This document shows, piece by piece, positions 27,525 to 34,648 of a stretch of 34,648 nt of DNA (within the stretch, counting starts at the first letter, position 1; each line of letters starts with the position of its first letter). Location: contig JBGPFC010000037.1 of NCBI GenBank assembly GCA_041483195.1, forward strand, positions 1 to 34,648, in the 5' to 3' direction. The translations under genes were made by a program, and so were the position numbers. The notes below the pieces were generated by a model. That model was not told where the DNA came from. It was given only the letters and a program-made list of their open reading frames with translations, and did no database searches. Origin of the DNA: Candidatus Eiseniibacteriota bacterium. GTDB lineage: Bacteria; Eisenbacteria; RBG-16-71-46.

Positions 27525-28136
27525 ATGACCGAACCGCCCCGCGACCCCGCTCCCGCGAACGAGCCCGGCGCCGTCCCGCTGCTCGCGACGGTCGAGCTGC
27601 TGCGCCTCGCCAGGGCCGGCGATGATCGCGCGCGCGACCAGTTGCTCGCGCGCTACGCGCCGCGACTTCGCCGCTGGGCGAGTGGCCGGCTTCCCATGTA
27701 CGCGCGCTCGCTGTTCGACACCGCCGACGTGGTGCAGGAAACGCTGCTGCGGGTGCTCCAGGGGTTCGACCGCATCGAGGTGCGGGGACCGGACGGCTTC
27801 CAGTTCTATGTGCGCCAGGCGGTGCTCAATCGTATTCGGGATGAGGTGCGCTGGGCGCGGAGGCGGCCGGGGCCTGGCGAGGTGCCGGAGTCGCTGCCCG
27901 ACCCGGCTCCCTCGCCGATGGAACAGGCGATCGGCGCCGACGTCCTGGATCGATACGAGCGGGCGCTGGCCACGCTCGATGAGCAGGATCGTCAGTTGCT
28001 GCACCTTCGCATCGAACTGGACTTCGACTATCAGGAGATCGCGACCATGACCGGGCGGCCGAGCCGCGGGGCGGTGCGGATGGCGATTCAGCGGGCGCTG
28101 GGGCGGCTCGCGAGCGCGATGGGCCATGAGCGCTGA
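27525..28136 (+). CDS. ECF-type RNA polymerase sigma-70 factor
   Basis: Region 2 (GD..A..QL..RY..RL, D.VQE) and region 4 (AL..L...DRQLL.LR...Y.EIA...G....AV.M...RAL..L). Confidence 0.9.
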   Translation: MTEPPRDPAPANEPGAVPLLATVELLRLARAGDDRARDQLLARYAPRLRRWASGRLPMYARSLFDTADVVQETLLRVLQGFDRIEVRGPDGFQFYVRQAVLNRIRDEVRWARRRPGPGEVPESLPDPAPSPMEQAIGADVLDRYERALATLDEQDRQLLHLRIELDFDYQEIATMTGRPSRGAVRMAIQRALGRLASAMGHER

Positions 28137-29826
28137 GCGCGACGCGGTGGATGCGCTGCTGGCCTCCATCTCGGATGGATCGCCCGTCGACTGGGAGGCC
28201 GCGAGGAAGGGCGCGACCCCGGCGGAGCGCGAACGGCTCGCGGCCATGCGCGAGATGGCGAACATCGCCGAGTTCAATCGCGGCCTGCAGCGCGGGGCGC
28301 ACCCGCAGGAGGCGGGTCCAGCCGCATCCGCGCCCGAACGCTGGGGCGAGTTGCTGCTCCTCGAGCGCATCGGCTCCGGCGCTCGCGCCGATGTCTACCG
28401 CGCGTGGGATCCGGCACTGCGACGCGAGGTGGCGCTCAAGCTGATGCGCCCCGGAACCGACGACGCAGCCTTGCTCGATGAGGGCCGGGCCGCGGCCCGC
28501 GTGCGCCACCCGCACGTGGTCACGGTGCACGGCATCGACGAACACGACGGACGGGTGGGGCTGTGGATGGAACTCGTGCGCGGCGCCACCCTCGACCACG
28601 AGGTGCGCACCCGCGGGGCCTCGAGCGTCGCCGATGTGTCGCGCCTCGCGGCCGAGATCGGCGGGGCGCTGGCCGCGGTGCACGAGGCGGGACTGATTCA
28701 TCGCGACGTGACCCCCGCCAACATCGTGCGCGATCGCGAGGGACGCTTCGTGCTCGCGGACTTCGGGCTCGGGCTGCGCGGCGACGATGCGGCGAAGCAG
28801 TTGCCGGGACTCTCGGGCACCCCGATGTACATGGCGCCGGAGCTGCTCGCGGGCGGCACCGCCAGCGAGCGCTCGGACCAGTACGCGCTCGGCATGGTGC
28901 TGTGGTTCGCGATCGCCGGGCGACATCCGTTCGAGGAGAAGTCGCTCGAGGCGCTGACCGAGGCCGTGAGGCGCGGTCCCACGCCGTCGGTGCGAACGAT
29001 CCGCGCCGAGCTTCCGCCCGCGCTGGCGGCGGCGGTGGAGCGAGCGATCGCGCCCGCCCCCGAGGCGCGATACGCGAACGTGCGGTCGCTGGTCGCGGCG
29101 TTGGAGACCGCGCTTCGCGCCCGTCACGGGCGAACGGCGCTGATCGCCGGCGCGTTCGTCGGCGTGATGCTGGTCGCGGCGCTGCTTCGCCGGCCGGGGC
29201 ACGCACCCGAGCGCGAGTCGGTTCCACCCCCGGCCCCCGCGACCGCGCAGGCCGGCACTTACTCCGTGGTCGCCACCATGCTTCGACAGGGAACCTCGGG
29301 GGCCTCGCCCATCTCGACCGGCGACCGCGTGAAACCCGGCGATCGTCTGTCGCTCGAGGTACGAGCGAGCTTGCCGGCGTGGGTGTACGTCCTGAACGAG
29401 GACGAACGCGGCGAGCGCTACCTGCTCTTCCCACAACCGCGTCTCGACGTTTCGAACCCGCTTCCCGCGGATTCGGCGCTCACCCTCCCCGGCCCGATCG
29501 GCGGCGTCGAGAACGCATGGTCCGTGACCAGCGCCGGCGGCCGAGAGCACTTCCTGCTGGTGGTGAGCCCGGAGCCGGTCGCCGAGATCGAAGCCGACCT
29601 CGCGCGGATTCCCGCGGCACGACCCGGGCGGCCGATCGTCTACGCGCCGATCGGCGAGGCGGCGATCGATCGCCTGCGCGGGGTCGGCGGCATGGTGCCG
29701 ATGCCGAAACGGGCCCCGGCCGCACGAGCGAACGGGTTCGATTCCTTCCGCGCCCTGGCCGGCCGCGAGAGCGGCGTGCGCGGAATCTGGGTGCGCCAGA
29801 TCGTGCTCGAGAACCCGGCGCGCTAG
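28126..29826 (+). CDS. Membrane Hanks-type Ser/Thr kinase with C-terminal DUF4384-like extracytoplasmic domain
   Basis: IGSGA..VY, VALK, HRDVTPAN, DFG, GTPMYMAPE, SDQYALG; TM ALIAGAFVGVMLVAALL; GDRL.L.V...VYVLN.D..G....LFP...N.L. Confidence 0.9.
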   Translation: MSAERDAVDALLASISDGSPVDWEAARKGATPAERERLAAMREMANIAEFNRGLQRGAHPQEAGPAASAPERWGELLLLERIGSGARADVYRAWDPALRREVALKLMRPGTDDAALLDEGRAAARVRHPHVVTVHGIDEHDGRVGLWMELVRGATLDHEVRTRGASSVADVSRLAAEIGGALAAVHEAGLIHRDVTPANIVRDREGRFVLADFGLGLRGDDAAKQLPGLSGTPMYMAPELLAGGTASERSDQYALGMVLWFAIAGRHPFEEKSLEALTEAVRRGPTPSVRTIRAELPPALAAAVERAIAPAPEARYANVRSLVAALETALRARHGRTALIAGAFVGVMLVAALLRRPGHAPERESVPPPAPATAQAGTYSVVATMLRQGTSGASPISTGDRVKPGDRLSLEVRASLPAWVYVLNEDERGERYLLFPQPRLDVSNPLPADSALTLPGPIGGVENAWSVTSAGGREHFLLVVSPEPVAEIEADLARIPAARPGRPIVYAPIGEAAIDRLRGVGGMVPMPKRAPAARANGFDSFRALAGRESGVRGIWVRQIVLENPAR

Positions 29827-29979
29827 AGCCGGGGAACGAGCAGCTCTCCCCCACTCGACCCACCAGTCCACTGCCGTGCACTCGGGCCTCATGGGACGTA
29901 TTGGAAAAGTGGGTGGGCAGGCAGGCGTCTCTCGCGACGCCTCCCGCCCGATGCCCACCGATCCGTTCCGGAGGCCGTC

Positions 29980-32382
29980 ATGTCTCGTGTCTTCGCATCT
30001 TCATCGTCGCGGCGCGCGTGGCCGCTCGCCGTCCTGCTGCTGACTCTGTCTCTTCGGGCCGATTCGGCCCACGCCACCAGCAGCTACTGGCGTTCCGCGG
30101 TCAGCGGTTCAGCGAGCGTGGCCGGCAATTGGAATCCGGCGGTGATTCCCGGCGCGGCCGACCTCGCCGGCTTCACGCTCACCGGTCTTTACACCGCGAG
30201 CTGGGCCTCTCCCCAGGACACGCTTGGAACGCTGGACGTGAATACCGGTACGCCCGCGCTCAGCATCGCCGGCAATCTGGGGGTCCGGAACGCCGCGATC
30301 GTCGAGGATGGCGGCTTCCTGACGATTTCCTCGGGCCGCGTGCGCGCGAACCAGTGGCTCGTCGGTCACCTGGGATCAGGGCGCTTGATCGTCACCGGGG
30401 CCGGCTCGCAGGCCGTCTCGGTATCGTCCAACGCTCCCACCATGTTTGCCGAGACCACCTCCACCTCCGCGTCTGTCGCGATTGTGGGCGAGGGTCAGTT
30501 CATCTCGAACAGCTGGTATGAGCTGGGGCATCACGTTTTCAGCACCACCTGCAGCCTCCTGGTCGCGGGCGGCAACGTCATCACCCGGATCGGTTCCCGG
30601 CTCTCGACCCTGAGCAGCGCCGGCGGCGGCGACCGCGGCGGGCTGATCGTCGGTGTCAATGGCCCCGCGTACGTCGACATCTACAACGGCGGATTCGTGG
30701 ATCTCAAGGGTCCGCTCGTCGTGGGCCGACGCGGAAACGCGACCATGCGCCTGTACAAGACGGGCGGCATTCTGGTCCCCGGCATGAACGTCGGGGGGAA
30801 CACCTACATCGGATACGAGCCGAGCACGTTGCTCGCGCACCCCGGACTTCTCTCGCTGGAGGCCGGCCTCGTCCGGCTCGGCGGCGGAGTGCTGATCGGC
30901 GACCCCGATCACACGAGCGGCAACGCCGACCAGGGCACGCTACGTGTGCAGGGCAGCAGCGTGATCGTGGGCGGACCGATCCAGATGCCGCCCTCGCTCG
31001 CCGGAACCCTCGAGCTGCGAAGCGGCACGCTGCAGATGCTGAGCGGCCTCTCGGCGATCCAGCAATCGGTCCCGTTCGCGGTGTCGAGCAGCGTGGGCTC
31101 GCCGACGATGTGGCTCGAGCCCGGCGCGTTCGCGCTCGTCAAGCCCGCGAGCGGATCGACCATCGCGCTCGGCGTCGGCCGCGGCGGCGCGGGCCGCGTG
31201 CGGATCGCGGGCACCAACGCGCGGATGGACGCCGCCGGCGAAATCGCGATCGCTGATTCCGCCGGCGGAACCGGGATCGTCGAGGTGGACTCCTCCGGCG
31301 TGCTGAACGCGAGTTCCGGCCTCATCGAGGGAACCGGGGGATCGATCAGCATTCGGGGTGGCGGGCAGTTGAACGTGCCGACGACGTTGCTCGCCATGGG
31401 CACGATCCAGATGCACGACGGAATCTTCGACTGCCCGTGGGGCGTCCTCGGGCAGCCCGCGACGCTGACCGGCAGCGGCACGCTCGTCGGCAGGTGGGAC
31501 AACCTGGGCAGCGTCGTGATCCCAGCTTCCGAGATCCTGTCCGTCTCGGGGACTTTCAATTCCGTGGTGGGAACGGTCTCGGGCGGAGGAACGCTCGAGA
31601 TGACCCCGGGCAGCGTCCTGCAGGCCATCGGGACCAAGGAGGGGAGCATCGTGATGATGTCGAGCGAGCTCCGGCCCTATACAATTACGGACGCACCGCA
31701 GGCCGGCGCGCATCGCGCGCGGCCCAGCGCGAACGCGATCGAGGGAGTGCCGATCGCGCCGCCGGGACGCCTGCACGTGATCGACGACCTGAACATGATC
31801 GACGCGTGCATCACGACGGTGCGCATCGACTCGCAGGCTTCGGGACTGCGCGACACCCTCGAGGTCGGCGGCGAGGCGGCATTGTCGGGTGTGCTCAACC
31901 TGCTCACGATCTCGGGCTCGGAGCCGGTCGCGGGCGACACCATCACGATCATCGAGGCGGCCAGCGTCACCGGGGAGTTCTCGGGCGGGATCCGGCTCGA
32001 CGGAGTCGATCCGGCCGGCGCCGTCACGCTCGAGTACACGCCGACCCGCGTGAGGGTGATCTTCTTGGGATCGGCGCTCGGCGTCGGTGACGACCCCCGG
32101 CTCCGGGAGACCGCGATGGCCCTCCGGCTCTGGGCGGTGCGCACCCCCGGCACCGCGGCGTTCACGCTGGAGCTGCCCGAGCGCGCGCGCGTCCTGCTCA
32201 CGGTGTTCGACGTGAGCGGGCGCGAAGTCTCACGGCTCGCCGACGACGTGCTCGAATCCGGCCGTCATCGGTTTACGCTCCGGCCCGGACGACTCGCGAG
32301 CGGCGTGTATTTCGCGAGAGCGCAGATCGAGGCGCCGGGCGGCACGATCGTGAAGCGCACGCGCGTGGCGGTGCTGAGATAG
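29980..32382 (+). CDS. Large secreted Gly-rich beta-helix (autotransporter-passenger-like) protein with C-terminal FlgD-Ig/T9SS-type domain
   Basis: GGAGG RBS; signal peptide (AHA); W...SG.....NW.P..P start; VG..G.G.L.V repeats; C-terminus LTVFDVSGREV..L....GRH...LASGVYFAR...VLR*. Confidence 0.8.
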   Translation: MSRVFASSSSRRAWPLAVLLLTLSLRADSAHATSSYWRSAVSGSASVAGNWNPAVIPGAADLAGFTLTGLYTASWASPQDTLGTLDVNTGTPALSIAGNLGVRNAAIVEDGGFLTISSGRVRANQWLVGHLGSGRLIVTGAGSQAVSVSSNAPTMFAETTSTSASVAIVGEGQFISNSWYELGHHVFSTTCSLLVAGGNVITRIGSRLSTLSSAGGGDRGGLIVGVNGPAYVDIYNGGFVDLKGPLVVGRRGNATMRLYKTGGILVPGMNVGGNTYIGYEPSTLLAHPGLLSLEAGLVRLGGGVLIGDPDHTSGNADQGTLRVQGSSVIVGGPIQMPPSLAGTLELRSGTLQMLSGLSAIQQSVPFAVSSSVGSPTMWLEPGAFALVKPASGSTIALGVGRGGAGRVRIAGTNARMDAAGEIAIADSAGGTGIVEVDSSGVLNASSGLIEGTGGSISIRGGGQLNVPTTLLAMGTIQMHDGIFDCPWGVLGQPATLTGSGTLVGRWDNLGSVVIPASEILSVSGTFNSVVGTVSGGGTLEMTPGSVLQAIGTKEGSIVMMSSELRPYTITDAPQAGAHRARPSANAIEGVPIAPPGRLHVIDDLNMIDACITTVRIDSQASGLRDTLEVGGEAALSGVLNLLTISGSEPVAGDTITIIEAASVTGEFSGGIRLDGVDPAGAVTLEYTPTRVRVIFLGSALGVGDDPRLRETAMALRLWAVRTPGTAAFTLELPERARVLLTVFDVSGREVSRLADDVLESGRHRFTLRPGRLASGVYFARAQIEAPGGTIVKRTRVAVLR

Positions 32383-32509
32383 GGGCATCCGCGCATTCGG
32401 CAGACCGTGACTTCCCGTCCCACCCGACGAGCAGACCGGCCTGCCAGTTTAGGCGTCGAAAACGAGTGTATGAGTTTTGTATCAGGAAACCCCGCATGCG
32501 CGATCACAT

Positions 32510-32527
32510 TTGTGTCTTCCAACACAA
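32510..32527. promoter_or_regulatory. Palindromic TF-binding-like site TTGTGT-N6-ACACAA
   Basis: Perfect 6-bp arms in an AT-richer intergenic region about 100 bp upstream of 32631. Confidence 0.4.
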
Positions 32528-32630
32528 TCTCGAGTGCCTTAGAATTTGACTCGGCCGCGGCGGTGAGATCCCTCGCCCTCGAGTCTTAAGGTCGCTCAGT
32601 TGGCTCAAGGTCTGCACACTGGAGGTTGTA

Positions 32631-33218
32631 ATGCGTACACGTCTGGTAGCTCTCGCGACCGTCGTCGGAATGCTGGTGGCCTCCTCATCGCAGGCTGGAC
32701 ACCATCTCTGGAAATTCACGGAGCTCTTCTCGAACGCCACCGGAACCGTGCAGTACGCCGAGCTGTTCTGTCCGGCCAACGGCGAAGCGGGCCTCGGGAC
32801 CTTCACGGTGGTCTCGGGAACCAACACCTTCAACTTCGTGACGAATCTTCCCAGCAACACGACGCAGAACACCTGGGCCCTGCTCGCGACGTCCAATTTC
32901 GCGGGCCTGGCTGGGGGAGTGACTCCCGACTACATCATCCCCGCCAACTTCTTCCCCACCGGCGGCGGCCAGATCAAGTACGCCGGCACGATCGACATCT
33001 GGAACTTCGGCGCCTTGCCGATCGACGGGGTGAATGCCCTGCAGCGCGATGGCAGCTCGGCGCCCAACTCGCCGCACAACTTCGCGGGGCAGTCGGGCTC
33101 GGTCGACGCCAATACTCTGGTACCCATGCTCCCGACATGGGGAATCGTGCTGCTCATCGGGGCCGTGTTGATCGCGGGTAGCGGGCTGCTGCGCAAGCGT
33201 GGGGCGATGCCCGCCTAG
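32631..33218 (+). CDS. Secreted protein with IPTL-CTERM-like exosortase sorting signal
   Basis: GGAGG RBS; signal peptide; C-terminal VPMLPTWG + TM + LRKR. Confidence 0.8.
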   Translation: MRTRLVALATVVGMLVASSSQAGHHLWKFTELFSNATGTVQYAELFCPANGEAGLGTFTVVSGTNTFNFVTNLPSNTTQNTWALLATSNFAGLAGGVTPDYIIPANFFPTGGGQIKYAGTIDIWNFGALPIDGVNALQRDGSSAPNSPHNFAGQSGSVDANTLVPMLPTWGIVLLIGAVLIAGSGLLRKRGAMPA

Positions 33219-33246
33219 CGCGTTCGTCGTGGTGGTGACTTTCGAG

Positions 33247-33290
33247 GAGCGGGGCGAGCCGGACACAGCGGCTCGCCCCGCTCGCCGTTT
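33247..33290. terminator. Strong hairpin between convergent genes (likely terminator)
   Basis: 15-bp perfect stem GAGCGGGGCGAGCCG / CGGCTCGCCCCGCTC, 7-nt loop, short T run after. Confidence 0.7.
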
Positions 33291-33292
33291 GG

Positions 33293-34456
33293 CTAGCGAT
33301 GTGCGAAGAGCGAGAGGCTGAATCCGCGCTCGAGCATCCAGATCACCGCCAGCCACGCGATCACGACCGAGCCGGCGCCCATCACGAGGCGCGGATACCA
33401 GCTTCGACGGGACGACCCGTAGAGCAGGGGCAGCATCAGGGCCACCACCGCGAGCTGACCCAGCTCGACGCCCACGTTGAACGAAGCGAGCGCCAGCCCG
33501 CGCGCGTGGCGGGGAAGCATGAGATTGCTGAGCGCGCCCGCGAATCCGAGCCCGTGGACCAGGCCGAACGTCATCGCCATGACCCACGCCCGGCCGGGCA
33601 GGAACGGGCGCAGGTTGTTCCATGCCGCGGCGAAAACCGAGAACGCGATCCCCACCTCGACCCATTGCGCCCGCAGCGTCACGGCTCCGAAGAACGAGAG
33701 GCAGAGCGTGAGCGTGTGGGCCAGCGTGAACGCGGTCACGACCTTGGTCACCTCGCGAGCCGTGCGCCAGAATCCCGCCCGCGGCGACCAATCGACGCCC
33801 TTGCGCACCAGCGGCGCCGGCAGCAGGAGCGCCAGCAGGAAGAGCATGTGGTCGAAGCCGGTCCAGATGTGGTGGGTGCCCTCGCGGATGAACTCGGTGA
33901 TCGTGGACAGGACGTGGAATTGGTGGACGTCGAACGCGACCGAGCGCAGCCCCGCGTCCAGGGCCCCGACGCTCGTGACCCGCGCGTCCTCCACGGAGAA
34001 GTAGGCGCGGTGCGTGGGGTCGAGATCGAACAGAAAATCGCAGTGGATGCCGAGCCGCTTGAACTCGGACGGACACGCCGCGACGAGATGGAACATGACC
34101 TGGCTCTGGAGGAGCTGCCACTCCATGGGCGCGGGCGTGAGCTCGAGGGGGCACGCGAGACTGTCGCCGGTCAGCGAAAGCCGGCCGGCCAGATACGCGC
34201 GCAGTTGCGACTCGCGATCGCGCACCTCGCGCCAGCCCGGCTCCCCGGCGACCGTCGGATCGAGCCCCAGCGCGCGGCGGGCATCGCGGAGCTGGATCTC
34301 CCACTCGCCTTCGATGTGGGCGCCGTCGATACGCAGCCGCAGCTGGCTCATCCCGATGCCGTGGGCGGCGGCCGTCCCGGGCATGAGGAGCGCCGCCGCG
34401 AGCAGGACCGCGGCGGCCGACCACGCCGAAAATCGGCTCATCGAGTGAAATCGCAT
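33293..34456 (-). CDS. HupE/UreJ-family (HupE_UreJ_2-like) membrane protein with periplasmic N-domain
   Basis: Signal peptide ending AAA-H; HIWTGFDHMLFL, TAFTLAHTLTL, FGLVHGLGFA, FNVGVELGQ. Start 34456 or 34441. Confidence 0.88.
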   Translation of the reverse strand: MRFHSMSRFSAWSAAAVLLAAALLMPGTAAAHGIGMSQLRLRIDGAHIEGEWEIQLRDARRALGLDPTVAGEPGWREVRDRESQLRAYLAGRLSLTGDSLACPLELTPAPMEWQLLQSQVMFHLVAACPSEFKRLGIHCDFLFDLDPTHRAYFSVEDARVTSVGALDAGLRSVAFDVHQFHVLSTITEFIREGTHHIWTGFDHMLFLLALLLPAPLVRKGVDWSPRAGFWRTAREVTKVVTAFTLAHTLTLCLSFFGAVTLRAQWVEVGIAFSVFAAAWNNLRPFLPGRAWVMAMTFGLVHGLGFAGALSNLMLPRHARGLALASFNVGVELGQLAVVALMLPLLYGSSRRSWYPRLVMGAGSVVIAWLAVIWMLERGFSLSLFAHR

Positions 34457-34611
34457 CGGGGCACTGTGCCGCACGCGCCTCGAGCGTCGCAAGCTTTTCT
34501 CGCGACCCTGTAACGAGCAAGACTATCTGTCCGGTTCCGGGCAGAACCAGGTGACCGCTCCTTTCAACGGGGTGGCGGGGTGGTATCAGGGGTGCCGAGG
34601 AGGACCCCGAG

Positions 34612-34648
34612 ATGCCGCTGGCCCCGACCGTCCAGGAGCGGATGATGA
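34612..34648 (+). CDS. Probable 5' end of next gene (MPLAPTVQERMM...), truncated by window
   Basis: Strong GAGGAGG RBS at 34597-34603, then ATG and an open frame to the window end. Confidence 0.4.
   Translation, partial: MPLAPTVQERMM

Noticed and set aside
28699..28722. Kinase HRDVTPAN (K to T) as sign of a pseudokinase
   Set aside because: VALK, HRD, N, DFG and APE are intact; S/T at this position occurs in bacterial Hanks kinases.
32600..32616. Sigma54-like TTGGC-N-TGCA (GG-N10-GC) upstream of 32631
   Set aside because: The implied TSS (about 32627) would fall downstream of the good GGAGG RBS at 32621-32625; probably chance, though not excluded.
1343..34520. Many long alternative-frame/antisense ORFs (e.g. 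1343-3277, 6650-9142, 15353-18193, 25857-28370, 32685-34520)
   Set aside because: Arg/Ala/Pro/Gly-rich shadows expected at this GC content; they overlap genes with clear family motifs.

Overview
Very GC-rich, gene-dense bacterial DNA. Secreted proteins with FlgD/T9SS-like C-terminal domains suggest an FCB-superphylum lineage such as Ca. Eisenbacteria (inference). About 25 CDS, nearly all on the + strand; no rRNA, tRNA, CRISPR or mobile element was recognised. Two loci stand out. (1) 13148-24282: a tightly coupled 8-gene biosynthetic-looking operon encoding an HMG-CoA reductase homologue, UbiA prenyltransferase, rifampin-phosphotransferase-like dikinase, DUF3419/BtaA-like SAM transferase, phytol/dolichol-kinase-like membrane protein, GNAT, OleC-like AMP ligase and a DUF4105-like lipoprotein. 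It matches no pathway I know. (2) 24306-29826: a secreted TPR-CHAT caspase-like protease, an ECF sigma factor and a membrane Ser/Thr kinase. The protease's inter-catalytic loop and the kinase's extracytoplasmic domain share the identical peptide LRGVGGMVP, encoded with different synonymous codons, which suggests proteolysis-gated transmembrane signalling. Also notable: a Cys4-GAF/FhlA-type HTH regulator lacking its AAA+ domain with a tandem palindromic site upstream, and repeated TAnnnT-N6/7-ATG leaderless-type gene starts. All family calls are motif recognition by eye; no database searches were run.
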